Below are positions 48,044 through 57,510 of a stretch of 64,000 bases of DNA, in pieces; within the stretch, counting starts at the first letter, position 1, and each line of letters opens with the position of its first letter. The stretch comes from a virus (Duplodnaviria; Caudoviricetes). The notes beneath the pieces were generated by a model that was not told the origin of the DNA, ran no database searches, and was given only the letters and a program-made list of their open reading frames with translations. The stretch is taken from IMG/VR virus record IMGVR_UViG_3300048606_000120, positions 32,001 through 96,000 of that record. One strand, written 5' to 3'. Made by a program: the position numbers and the translations under genes.

Positions 48044-48640
48044 ATGAAAGACGACGACCAAATCGTAAGAGCAGAAAATGCGGCGTGGTGGGAAGAGGAA
48101 GCTCGGTTCCAGAAACTCGCGGCTCGATGCGAGAGCATCTCGCTCGCTCACGGTTTTGCGAAAACGACGTGGGAGAACCTGCCGGCCAACCTGATGTTCA
48201 TCGTCACGGAGGTAGACGAGGCCTTTCACGCCCCGACCCGCGATGCTTTTTACGAGGAGCTCGCAGACATCGCGATCCGGATCCTCGTGCATCTCCATGC
48301 GCTGTGGGGTCCATGCTGGAGCTTGCGCCGCGCGGCGAACACGGCTCGTGTCGAGTGGCCGTATCCGGGCCTGCTTTACCACCCGCACTTGGTGTCGGTT
48401 GATCCGACGGTTGGCTTGCGGCTGGTGATCAACCGCGTTTGTGAAGCCGCGAAGTCGTGGCGTCTGGGCCATGGCCAAGTGGTGCAGGCCGACGTGCGAG
48501 TCTGCCTCGAGCAAGCGCTTGCGCAGTGCTTGAGCGTTACCAAGATGTGCGGGATCGACGCGCAGCGGGAGATCGACGCGAAGTGCGCGAAGAACGAAGG
48601 GCGGCCCCATCTGCATGGACGGCTCGAGGTGATCGGGTGA
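48044..48640 (+). CDS. MazG-like nucleotide pyrophosphohydrolase (start may be the TTG at 48008)
   Basis: IVTEVDEA, EELADIAIR, ID...EI..K..KN..RP..HG. Confidence 0.78.
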   Translation: MKDDDQIVRAENAAWWEEEARFQKLAARCESISLAHGFAKTTWENLPANLMFIVTEVDEAFHAPTRDAFYEELADIAIRILVHLHALWGPCWSLRRAANTARVEWPYPGLLYHPHLVSVDPTVGLRLVINRVCEAAKSWRLGHGQVVQADVRVCLEQALAQCLSVTKMCGIDAQREIDAKCAKNEGRPHLHGRLEVIG

Positions 48641-50109
48641 ACACCCTGAACCTCTTGGTCACTGTCGACAACCGCATCCGGCTACCAAGCGAGACTCCGA
48701 CCGAGCTCGTGAAGCGCCTGAAAGAGGTGACCACTCACCCGAATCCCGAGTATGGAAAGGCTCGCGCGTTGGGCCGCTGGGTCGGCAGTGTTCCGACCGA
48801 GATCAAGACGTGGCGCATGGACGTACGAAGCACTGCAGCCGGCAAGCAGTTTTCGTTTCCTCGAGGCGTCGCTGGCCTAGTGCGAAGTCATGCGGCGAGC
48901 CTCGGCATCGTGATCCGCTGGTCAGACAAGAGGACGAGCGTTCCTGTCGACTGGAAGCCGTTTCTTGTCGAGCCGAGGCCTTACCAAAGTGAAGGGATCG
49001 CAGCATGTGTGGAGCGTGAGCAGGGTATAGTGAAAGCTCCTACTGGGTCGGGAAAAACCTCGATGGCTCTTGGAGCGCTCCCGCAGCTCAAGCAGAGAGC
49101 GCTCGTGATCGTGCGCGATCGCAACTTGCTTGAGCAGTGGCTCGAGCGTGCGGAGAGCGAGCTAGGGCTGAAGAAGCGCGAGGTGGGAGTGGTGTCGGGC
49201 GGAAAGCGACGCATCGGCGAGCGGCTAACGCTGTCGCTCCAGCAGACGCTGTACTCGAAGTCGTTCCCGCTCGAAGAGTTCGCCCAGCAGTTCGGCGCGG
49301 TGCTGGTTGACGAGGTGCACGAAGCGGCAGCTCGGACCGTCAGCGAGACCGTGGACGCGTTTCCAGCGCGAGTGCGGCTCGGCTTCTCTGCCGATCACCG
49401 CAGGCGCGATCGGAAGGAGTTCCTCAGCGAGGACTTGTTTGGCGACGTGATCTTCGAGGTGAGTAAGCAGCAGCTCGAGGCGGAGAAGCACGTGGTTCCG
49501 GTCGTGGTGCGTCTTGTGCCGACTGCGTTCGCGGCCGATTGGTACGCCGATGCTCCGACCGAAGAGCGAGACTTCATGAAGCTGATCAGCGAGATGTCGG
49601 CAGATGAAGAGCGAGGGTTGCTCTTGCGCCGCGTCGTGCTCGAACTTGTGTCGTCAGGTTGCGCTCCGGTGCTCGTCTTCACTCATCGGCGTGAGCACGC
49701 GTCGCGGCTTGCTGAGCGCGAGCTGCCAGCCGATGGGGTGCCGACAGGACTGTTGCTTGGCAGTGCTGGCAGCGCCGTGCAGTTCGAGGAGAGCAAGTCG
49801 CTGCTGCTGAAGGGCGTGCTCAAGGTCGCAGTCGGCACGTTCAAGGCAGTTGGTCAGGGGATCGATTTACCGAACGTGATGGCGGGGGTTTGCGCGACTC
49901 CGATCGGCGCGAACAAGCAGTTTTTCGGCCAAGTCCGCGGGCGAGTGTGTCGAGTGTGGCCCGGCAAGCAGGTTGGCTATCTCTACTATCTTTGGGATGA
50001 GCAGGTCTTTCCGGACGCAGGACGAAACCTGTTGAACTGGAACGATGGGCTCGTCGAGATTTTCGATCGGGCGAACAAGCAGTGGATGACGTTTCGAGGG
50101 TCTCCCTAA
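48637..50109 (+). CDS. Superfamily 2 (DEAD/DEAH-like) helicase
   Basis: PRPYQ, APTGSGKT, DEVH, GFSA, GIDLP, QVRGR; GTGA overlap. Confidence 0.92.
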   Translation: MNTLNLLVTVDNRIRLPSETPTELVKRLKEVTTHPNPEYGKARALGRWVGSVPTEIKTWRMDVRSTAAGKQFSFPRGVAGLVRSHAASLGIVIRWSDKRTSVPVDWKPFLVEPRPYQSEGIAACVEREQGIVKAPTGSGKTSMALGALPQLKQRALVIVRDRNLLEQWLERAESELGLKKREVGVVSGGKRRIGERLTLSLQQTLYSKSFPLEEFAQQFGAVLVDEVHEAAARTVSETVDAFPARVRLGFSADHRRRDRKEFLSEDLFGDVIFEVSKQQLEAEKHVVPVVVRLVPTAFAADWYADAPTEERDFMKLISEMSADEERGLLLRRVVLELVSSGCAPVLVFTHRREHASRLAERELPADGVPTGLLLGSAGSAVQFEESKSLLLKGVLKVAVGTFKAVGQGIDLPNVMAGVCATPIGANKQFFGQVRGRVCRVWPGKQVGYLYYLWDEQVFPDAGRNLLNWNDGLVEIFDRANKQWMTFRGSP

Positions 50110-50130
50110 ACAGAACACACGAGGTGCGAT

Positions 50131-50496
50131 GTGAGCACTGACGATGACTTCGAAGCTCGTGATGGCGACGTGTTGGTGGTTTCGTATCCTGAGGTGAAGA
50201 TCCCGCTCGCTACGAAGTACAGCACTGTCACGATCGGCGGGCTGATCTACACGCGGCAGTTGCGCAGCAAGGACAGCCCGACCGAGGAATACCAGCGGGT
50301 CTACGCGTTCTTGAGGCACATGGCAGAGGCTGACGCTCGCGCGAAGGTGCAGCAGTGGACCGAGGAGCTTGCGGCAAAGCGACCGCCACCGCTGCCGACG
50401 GCTCCGAAGCCGGTGGGTGAAGTTGTAACCTCGAGGTTACAACCCAGCGCAGCAGCTCCTGGCGGCGTCGTGCGGCCGAAGCCGGTGAGTCGGTGA
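50131..50496 (+). CDS. Hypothetical protein
   Basis: GAGGT ribosome-binding site; contains palindrome copy 7 in frame. Confidence 0.65.
   Translation: MSTDDDFEARDGDVLVVSYPEVKIPLATKYSTVTIGGLIYTRQLRSKDSPTEEYQRVYAFLRHMAEADARAKVQQWTEELAAKRPPPLPTAPKPVGEVVTSRLQPSAAAPGGVVRPKPVSR
50422..50443. repeat. Dispersed palindrome copy 7 (22 bp perfect, intragenic)
   Basis: GTTGTAACCTCGAGGTTACAAC, read as VVTSRLQ. Confidence 0.97.
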
Positions 50497-50954
50497 CGAT
50501 GCGCATCACCGACTTCGTGAATAGCTTCGACAAGCCCACAGGGCCGCGCTTGCGAATGAAGCGCGCCAAGCCGATGACGCTAGTCGAGATTGCGATCGAC
50601 GATGCCAGGCGGCGCGCTGCAAGTGGTGAGTGGGCAGGCGCGAAAGGAGCGGTTCTTGTCGGTCTGTACGCGATGTGCCATCGCATGGTGTACGGCATCA
50701 TCCCGAGTGAGTTGTTCGAGGTGCCGACGTTTCGTGCGGCTGCGAAGATGGCGGCCAAGGCTATGCACGAGCTATTCGGAGACGATCCGGCCGAGGTCGC
50801 CGCGTTCGTGAAGTGGTCGTGGCAGGTCGAGAAGCGCAAGAACGAGTGGGCTCAAACGAAGTCGGTCGACCGCAAACATCTGGGTTGGCGAGCGCAGTTC
50901 TGTAGGTCGCTGGAGACCGATTACCGCATCTGGCAGAAGCAAGGGCGCCGCTGA
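50493..50954 (+). CDS. Hypothetical protein upstream of DnaB (possible replication initiator or loader)
   Basis: Coupled ORF; function inferred from position only. Confidence 0.6.
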   Translation: MTMRITDFVNSFDKPTGPRLRMKRAKPMTLVEIAIDDARRRAASGEWAGAKGAVLVGLYAMCHRMVYGIIPSELFEVPTFRAAAKMAAKAMHELFGDDPAEVAAFVKWSWQVEKRKNEWAQTKSVDRKHLGWRAQFCRSLETDYRIWQKQGRR

Positions 50955-50957
50955 GCT

Positions 50958-52418
50958 GTGGCGGTCTCGAAAGAGTTCGTCTACGACTCGTCCAACGAAG
51001 CACTAGTTTTGCGAGCGGCGATTGCGCTCGCGCGTGAGTCAGATCGCACGCAGTTCCGGGCGCTCGTGCATTCCATCGGAGAGGACGAGTTCCTCGTGGC
51101 TCAGCACTCTTCGCTGTGGCGTGTGCTGCGTCGCACCGCGGACGGGGGGCTCGAGTACACGACGGAGACCGTGCTGCAGCTGATGGCGGCAGAGCCATCA
51201 GAGGTCGACGTCAACTATTTGGCTGAGCTCGAGAGGGCTGCAGTCTTGCCAGCGAACCTAGACTGGCACGTGCAAACGCTTCGTTGGGACGCGACGCGGG
51301 CACGAGTAGTGAAGAACGGGTTGCCCGAGCTAGTTCGCGACTTGAGCGATCCGCGAGTGACAGTTGACCGTGCAGTCACGTCGGCTCGCTCTATTGTTCG
51401 AGCGCTCGAAGGCGGCGGCGGGCGTAAGTTCATTCATCGGCGAGAAGAGCTTGCTGCTGTTTATCGAACCGAGCTCGCTAAGCGGCGCGACCAAGGCAAC
51501 TTCTACCCGTGTGGGTTTGAGCATGTTGATGGGCTGATGTCAGAAGGATTCAAGCCAGGCAATACGGCGATCATCACGGGCTTGTCAGGCAGCGGGAAGA
51601 GCACGTTTGCAGCGCGGCTCGCGATCAACCTAGCTCGTCTGGGAAGGCGGCCGATGATCTGTGCGTGGGAGATGGGCGGCACGTCCACGCTTGACGTCAT
51701 TGTTTCGATGCTCACCGGCATCTCGCTCGACATCGTCATCAAGGGCACTTACAACGACCTCGACTGCAGGCGGCTGGAGCGCGCGAGCGATTGGGCGAAC
51801 AAGAAGATCCTGTTCATGGAGAACGCGTTCTTCGGTCAGCTCGCGAGCAGTGGTGGCGGCAGCAGCAGCAGTGACAGAAAGCAGAGGCGATCGAACGATC
51901 GCAACCTCGACATCTTAGAGGGCTACATCGCCGAAAGCGGCTGCGACGAGATCATTATGGACCTGTGGGATCGCATCCTCGCTGATCAGAATCCCGACGC
52001 GGTCACCGACGCCTTGTATCGTCAGCAGAACATGCATCGGGAATACGGCGTACATGGGACGTTGCTCGTCCAGCTGCGGCTGAAAGACGTCGAGCGGCGC
52101 GCCGATAAGCGACCGACTCGCGAGTCGATCAAAGGCGTCGGCACGTTCGTCGAGGTGGCCGATTTGATCTTCGGCGTGCACCGCGACGCGCAGTTCAAGG
52201 ACGTTCCCGATAACACGATCGAGCTCATCTGCTTGAAGCAGCGCAAAGGCCGGTCGAACTGGGCGGTTCGGTTCGGGTGGTGCGGTGAGATCTGCGAGAT
52301 CAGCGGCGGCGAAGAAGTGCCCTACAACCCCGGGCTCGAGGCGACTGGAGACTACGGCGACATCGCAGATCCCTCTGCGATCCGTACGAGCCCGCGGAAG
52401 ATGAATCGTCGCGATTGA
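50958..52418 (+). CDS. dnaB: DnaB-like replicative helicase
   Basis: GLSGSGKS, WEM, IIMD, LVQL...ERRADKRP, EVADLIFGVHR, KQRKG. Confidence 0.92.
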   Translation: MAVSKEFVYDSSNEALVLRAAIALARESDRTQFRALVHSIGEDEFLVAQHSSLWRVLRRTADGGLEYTTETVLQLMAAEPSEVDVNYLAELERAAVLPANLDWHVQTLRWDATRARVVKNGLPELVRDLSDPRVTVDRAVTSARSIVRALEGGGGRKFIHRREELAAVYRTELAKRRDQGNFYPCGFEHVDGLMSEGFKPGNTAIITGLSGSGKSTFAARLAINLARLGRRPMICAWEMGGTSTLDVIVSMLTGISLDIVIKGTYNDLDCRRLERASDWANKKILFMENAFFGQLASSGGGSSSSDRKQRRSNDRNLDILEGYIAESGCDEIIMDLWDRILADQNPDAVTDALYRQQNMHREYGVHGTLLVQLRLKDVERRADKRPTRESIKGVGTFVEVADLIFGVHRDAQFKDVPDNTIELICLKQRKGRSNWAVRFGWCGEICEISGGEEVPYNPGLEATGDYGDIADPSAIRTSPRKMNRRD

Positions 52419-52672
52419 GGACTGGTCGGCCGGCACACTAGATCGTCTTCCGCCCCACGAGCCGCTGGGAAGGACGCCGAAGAAGCTGAGCAGCCAGAGC
52501 AAGAAGAGCAGCAGCAGGACGACTAACGCGATTCGTTGGAACGGTTGGGGGAGAGGGATCAACGTGATGATCCAATACACGATGCCGCAGATGATCACGG
52601 CGATGAGCAGTTGAACGAGCATTGCGAACATAGCCAGATCATCTGCTTGCCGATCAGCGAGGAGCAACATCG

Positions 52673-53623
52673 ATGACTTTTCGCGATCGAGTTGACGTGG
52701 AGAAGCTATTGCAGGCACTCGGCGTGAAGTACGAGCGACGCGGGCGCAAGTTGCAGGCGTTGTGTCCCAATCCAGATCACCAGGACTCGAGTCCGTCTTG
52801 GGCGATCGTCGACTCGCCAGGCGCGTCGACGCACGCAGGGCACCACTGTTTTAGTTGCAAGTTTGGCGGCGGGCCGTGGGAGCTCGTGATGGCCGTTCGC
52901 GGCGTCGACGAAGCCGAGGCGTTCGCCTTCATGGGCGAGCTCGTGTCAGGCGTTGCGCGCCCCCAAGAGGGTGTGCCGCAGCTCGTGATCAAGCCGCCAG
53001 CGGCGCGTGTGGAGTACGTGTTGCCGCGGGGAGTTCAGATCCCGTCGATTGACGGATCGAGCTGGCCCGAGCCGTTCGCGAAGTACCTCGAAGTGCGGGG
53101 CGTCACCCAGGAGCAGATCGATCGCTGGAGCATCGGGTTCGCGAAGTGGGGTCCGCTCGCTTGGAGGGTGGTGATCCCCGTTCATACACGCGGGCGTTTG
53201 GTGGCACATGTAGCCCGGTCGATTTTTAGGGACGGTTCGAAGCGCTACGACATGCCTACCAAGGGTCGAGCGTCGCCGACAATGGCAGTGTTCGGCGAGC
53301 CGCTGATTGATCCTGAGCTTGGGGTTTTGACCATCGCAGAAGGTTCGTTCTCGATGCTTGCCCTCGAGCGAGCGGGTGCGCCGAATCCTGTTGCGCTGCT
53401 CGGCAGCGATTGGTCGCCGGCGAAGGCCGCGATCCTGACAGCTGTGCAGTGGTCGCATGTGATCGTTGCGACGGATCCCGACATGGCAGGCGACAAAGTC
53501 GCTCGGGCCATTTCAGCGTCCTTTCGAAAAGCGAAAATATCTCGACTGCGGATGGACCAAAGTCCGGATGATTGCGAACTGGGTGTTTTGCGAGCAAGGA
53601 CCCGAGAAGTTCTCGCAGCGTGA
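52673..53623 (+). CDS. DNA primase (CHC2 zinc finger plus TOPRIM)
   Basis: CPNPDH.D..PS...CFSC; AEG..S; DPDMAG. Confidence 0.9.
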   Translation: MTFRDRVDVEKLLQALGVKYERRGRKLQALCPNPDHQDSSPSWAIVDSPGASTHAGHHCFSCKFGGGPWELVMAVRGVDEAEAFAFMGELVSGVARPQEGVPQLVIKPPAARVEYVLPRGVQIPSIDGSSWPEPFAKYLEVRGVTQEQIDRWSIGFAKWGPLAWRVVIPVHTRGRLVAHVARSIFRDGSKRYDMPTKGRASPTMAVFGEPLIDPELGVLTIAEGSFSMLALERAGAPNPVALLGSDWSPAKAAILTAVQWSHVIVATDPDMAGDKVARAISASFRKAKISRLRMDQSPDDCELGVLRARTREVLAA

Positions 53624-53652
53624 AAAATAACCGTTGTTTGCAGGCGCTCCGG

Positions 53653-53676
53653 AGTTGTAACCTCGAGGTCACAACT
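53653..53676. repeat. Dispersed palindrome copy 8 (24 bp, one mismatch at 53670)
   Basis: AGTTGTAACCTCGAGGTCACAACT, intergenic between primase and UvrD. Confidence 0.95.
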
Positions 53677-53746
53677 CGGACGGCTGCAGTACCATCCCGC
53701 ATACGGGACACGTCGACGCAGGGCATAGCCCCAAAGGACGACTGCA

Positions 53747-56605
53747 ATGACGAGCACAAGCCCAACCGAGGGCATGAACCCCGAGCAATCCCAAGCGGTC
53801 CTGCACGATCACACTCCGCTGCTCGTAGCAGCAGTTGCTGGGTGCGGGAAAACGAGGGCTCTCACGCATCGAGTCGTTCAGCTCGTGGCGAGCGGAGCAG
53901 AGCCAGGCCGCATACTCGCTGTCACTTTCTCGGTGAAAGCCGCGCGCGAGATGAACGATCGTTTGCAGCGGCTCGACTGCGAAGGTGTGCGAGTCGGGAC
54001 GTTCCATTCGCTTGCGCTGCAGATCGTGCGCGAAGAGTGGTCGGAGTGCCGCAGCTGGACGATCGACGACTCCGAGCGTTACCGCATCTGTGTGAAGGAT
54101 GCGGTTTCGTTCCGCTACATGGATTGGAAGTCAGCGGACGTCACTTACTTGATGAGCTATATCAGCCGCTGCAAGGCAGCGGGCGCCTATCCGGCAGATG
54201 CGAAAGCTTTGGTTATCGCGACCGAGATGTACCGCAAGCGTCCCACTGCGGGGCGTGAACCAACTCTGTGCAGGCAGGCTTACGAAACAGCTGAGATCGT
54301 ACGGCACGAGCGGCAGCTGCTGACTTTCGATGACATGCTGCTCGACGCTTGGGCTCGATTGTCGACTGACGAAGCAGCTCGCACGCGGTGGGCGCAGCGG
54401 TGGGATCACGTGCTGCAAGATGAGGCACAAGACGAGAATTTCGTGCAGCACGAGCTTGGCGCCATGCTCGCCCGAGACCACCGCAGCTACACAATAGTGG
54501 GCGATCCGGCACAGTGTCATCCAGCTGGGACGCAGATCGAGATTGCTGACGGTGTGACGGTGCCGATCGAAGGGCTTCAGGACGGCGATCTGATTCGCGG
54601 TTGGAATCAGAACTCCCAGAAGATGATCGGCGGGAGACGCGTGCAAGTCGCGGTTCGTCAGTTTAGCGGTCGGTTGCGCGACGTGTTCGTAGCGGGCCGA
54701 GTGGTGCCGGTCACACCGAATCACAAGTTCGTTGCACGATGGACGACGCGGGAGTCAGGGGTGTTGGTCACGTACCTCATGCGTCGCGAGGGATTCGGGT
54801 ACAGAGTCGGATGGTGCAAGCTGTTCGCTCACGGCGGCGAAGGGCCGATCCCCTTCCATTTGGCAACGCGAGCTCGCATCGAGAAGGCCGATGGAGTTTG
54901 GATTCTGAAGGTGCATCAGACACGTACTGACGCGAGTGTGTACGAGAGCATTGTTGCTGCAATGTACGGCTTGCCGACAGCGACGTTCGAACCTGTTCAT
55001 GGGACTGAGCATCAGACTGCAGATGCGATTGCTCGCATCTTCGAGGCTGTTGCTGACGAAAATCGAGAGCGCGGTGAGCGGTGTTTGGCAGTGCACGGCC
55101 TCGATTCGCAGTTGCCGTTGTACCCATGGCCGAATCGAGAGGCAGCTGGCCCTCAAGGGCGACGCACTATCTTCCAAGTGCATGCGGCGAACCTTTTGCC
55201 TGATTTGATGTGCGTGCCGCTTCCTGATCGAGTGGGTGCATGGTCGCCTGTCGAAGGAGTGCGCCCTCGTTCGGTTGAGAGCGTAGCCGTCTACTCTCTT
55301 CAGGTCGCTGAGGATGAGACGTATGCGGCGAACGGCATCGTCGTGCACAACAGCATCTTCCAATTCCGAGGCGCAAACCCGCAGTCGATGCTGAAGTTCG
55401 AGCAAGAGTGGGGCGCTCGTGTCGTGCGCATGGGACTCAACTATCGCAGTTGCGACAGCATCATCGAGATCGCCAACAAGACTCTCGACGCGATGCCGCC
55501 GGCGACCCATTTGGGCGTGAAGATGATCGCGACTCGAGGTGAGCCGGGCCGTGTCAGTGCTGTTGTGTATGAGGACTTCGATGCCGAGGGCGAGGGGGTC
55601 ACCGAGAAGATCCTGGAGCTGCACGAGGACGGCAGGAAGTGGTCTGACTGCGTCGTGCTGTTTCGGACTAACGCTCAGAGCCGCGGCGTCGAGGAGTCGC
55701 TGCTCGGTGCGCGAGTGCCGTACCAGGTGATTGGCGGAACGAACTTCTACGACCGGCGAGAAGTGAAAGACTTGCTCGCTTACCTGCGGGTCGCAGCGGG
55801 GCGAGGCGAGTTTGACGATGTGCGGCGATCGATCAACACGCCGTTTCGGTACTTGGGTAAGGCGTTCTTGGATGGGCTGGAGCGAGTGATTTCCAGCGCA
55901 ACGCCTGAGCAGATCCCTGGGATTGTTCGAGCCTACGTGATGGATCCTGCCACTCGGTTGCAGCAGCGGCAGCGCACGTCGGCGATTGTCTGGTGTGAGC
56001 TCATCAATGGGGTTTCGGCGGCCATCGCGGCAGGCGCAGCTGAGAACGAACTCGGGGGCATCGTCGAGACGTCCGCAACGTGTGTGGAAGCGTCGCCCGC
56101 TCGGCTTCTCGAGAACCTCGTAGCTGACTTGCGGTATTCCGAGTGGTTGACGCGCGACGAAGGCACCGAAAGCCCGGAGAATAACCGGGTGTCGAATGTG
56201 CGTGAGCTCATCCGAGCAGCAGGGCGGTTTCCGACCGTTCCAGAGCTGCTCGACTACGTCGACGACACGCTCGAGCGAGCGGCCAGGGCAAAGCGTGAGG
56301 CGCGTTCGAGCGACGTCGTTACGCTCTGTTCGATCCACAGGTCAAAGGGCCTCGAGTGGCCGATCGTTTTCGTGCTGGGCGTGAACGACAAGATCCTGCC
56401 GCACGCGATGGCGGAGGATCCCGATGAAGAGCGGCGGCTCTTTTACGTGGCGTGCACTCGGGCTCGCGATGTTCTCGAGCTTTCGTGCGTGGCTAAAGCG
56501 GCGGTCAGCAATCGGGTCCTCGACCTCGAGCCGTCTCGCTTCTTGGCGGAGGTCGGGATCAAGCTCGGCGTAGCAGCGAACGTCGTGCCAAAGGAGATCG
56601 GCTAA
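53747..56605 (+). CDS. uvrD: UvrD/PcrA-like SF1 helicase containing an intein
   Basis: AVAGCGKT, DEAQD, VGDPAQ|SIFQFRGA, NYRS, SKGLEW, EERRLFYVACTRA. Confidence 0.95.
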   Translation: MTSTSPTEGMNPEQSQAVLHDHTPLLVAAVAGCGKTRALTHRVVQLVASGAEPGRILAVTFSVKAAREMNDRLQRLDCEGVRVGTFHSLALQIVREEWSECRSWTIDDSERYRICVKDAVSFRYMDWKSADVTYLMSYISRCKAAGAYPADAKALVIATEMYRKRPTAGREPTLCRQAYETAEIVRHERQLLTFDDMLLDAWARLSTDEAARTRWAQRWDHVLQDEAQDENFVQHELGAMLARDHRSYTIVGDPAQCHPAGTQIEIADGVTVPIEGLQDGDLIRGWNQNSQKMIGGRRVQVAVRQFSGRLRDVFVAGRVVPVTPNHKFVARWTTRESGVLVTYLMRREGFGYRVGWCKLFAHGGEGPIPFHLATRARIEKADGVWILKVHQTRTDASVYESIVAAMYGLPTATFEPVHGTEHQTADAIARIFEAVADENRERGERCLAVHGLDSQLPLYPWPNREAAGPQGRRTIFQVHAANLLPDLMCVPLPDRVGAWSPVEGVRPRSVESVAVYSLQVAEDETYAANGIVVHNSIFQFRGANPQSMLKFEQEWGARVVRMGLNYRSCDSIIEIANKTLDAMPPATHLGVKMIATRGEPGRVSAVVYEDFDAEGEGVTEKILELHEDGRKWSDCVVLFRTNAQSRGVEESLLGARVPYQVIGGTNFYDRREVKDLLAYLRVAAGRGEFDDVRRSINTPFRYLGKAFLDGLERVISSATPEQIPGIVRAYVMDPATRLQQRQRTSAIVWCELINGVSAAIAAGAAENELGGIVETSATCVEASPARLLENLVADLRYSEWLTRDEGTESPENNRVSNVRELIRAAGRFPTVPELLDYVDDTLERAARAKREARSSDVVTLCSIHRSKGLEWPIVFVLGVNDKILPHAMAEDPDEERRLFYVACTRARDVLELSCVAKAAVSNRVLDLEPSRFLAEVGIKLGVAANVVPKEIG
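54515..55351 (+). mobile_element. Intein in UvrD
   Basis: Begins CHPAGT, block B VTPNH, ends ANGIVVHN followed by Ser; splits the conserved GDxxQ-SIY motif. Confidence 0.95.
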
Positions 56606-56607
56606 AA

Positions 56608-57510
56608 ATGAGGATGCGAGTCCGTCGAGCAGTTTCTCCCGATCAGCTTACTTTGCCCATCGTCGGAGAGCTGGCGGAACGACCGTTTGCTGGTCGCATG
56701 CGAGTTCGGCGCGATGTTCAACTGCTGGAGTTGCTGCCGAAGCAGTCGCCCGCGAACGATTCGCCGAAGAAGAGTTGGAAAGGGGATCTGCATGCTGTGA
56801 AGCAAGGCAAGCTGCAGTTTGCGGTGTTGGCCAAGCGGCATCGCGCACTCATGTGCGCGATAGCTCGACCGTGGCTAGGCAGGTGTCCGCCGAACGTGGG
56901 TCTAGAAGATTTGGCTCAAGAGATCTTGCTCGAGGTCTGGCAGGCGATCGAAGTTTGGGATTCGGAGCGAGGTACGCCTTTGCTCAACTATGTTCGGGGG
57001 CGGATTCGTCATCGCATGCTCGCTTTCACTCACAAGTTGATTCGCGGCAGCGAGAAGGACGGGCGATATCTTCTGCAGCAGATCATCGAGGAGAAGGTGG
57101 TCAAGGTTTACGGCGCAGGCGAGCATCCCGAGCAGTTGGATTTCGTGCCTGTCACGCTACCAGTGGACGACGATTGTGACGTCGCGCAGCTGGCGGCGTT
57201 AGTTGTCGGAGGATTACCTTCCAAGCAGGCGCGTGTGGTTGCAGGGTTGCTCACTGGTGAACAAACCGACTCAGTCACCGAACGCGTCTATGGTAGTAAA
57301 TGTAAGCTGCAACGAAAAGCTGCACTTCGTGCGTTCGCAGCGGCAACTGCTCTCGTACACTCTTCTGGAGAGCCAGAAGAAAATGGTCAAAGGACGAAAG
57401 AAACTCATGCGCACCAAAGCACCACCTGCTCCCGCAGCAAAGAAAACTTCTCGGCCGCCGGCAGCAGTCGCCAGCAAGCCACCTGCGCCTCTCACCTTGG
57501 TCAAGGGTAA
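56608..57510 (+). CDS. Sigma-70-family (region 2-containing) transcription factor
   Basis: EDLAQE..L.VWQAIE.WD.ERG..L.NY...RIR. Confidence 0.78.
   Translation: MRMRVRRAVSPDQLTLPIVGELAERPFAGRMRVRRDVQLLELLPKQSPANDSPKKSWKGDLHAVKQGKLQFAVLAKRHRALMCAIARPWLGRCPPNVGLEDLAQEILLEVWQAIEVWDSERGTPLLNYVRGRIRHRMLAFTHKLIRGSEKDGRYLLQQIIEEKVVKVYGAGEHPEQLDFVPVTLPVDDDCDVAQLAALVVGGLPSKQARVVAGLLTGEQTDSVTERVYGSKCKLQRKAALRAFAAATALVHSSGEPEENGQRTKETHAHQSTTCSRSKENFSAAGSSRQQATCASHLGQG

Noticed and set aside
9552-53676. Palindromic repeats as a CRISPR array
   Set aside because: The copies are 0.85-15 kb apart with no repeat-spacer periodicity, and there are no cas genes.
54755-56338. Long antisense and alternate-frame ORFs (for example 54755-56338, 35865-37118, 25471-26718, 10048-11133)
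   Set aside because: They are shadows of well-supported genes in high-GC DNA, with no motifs.
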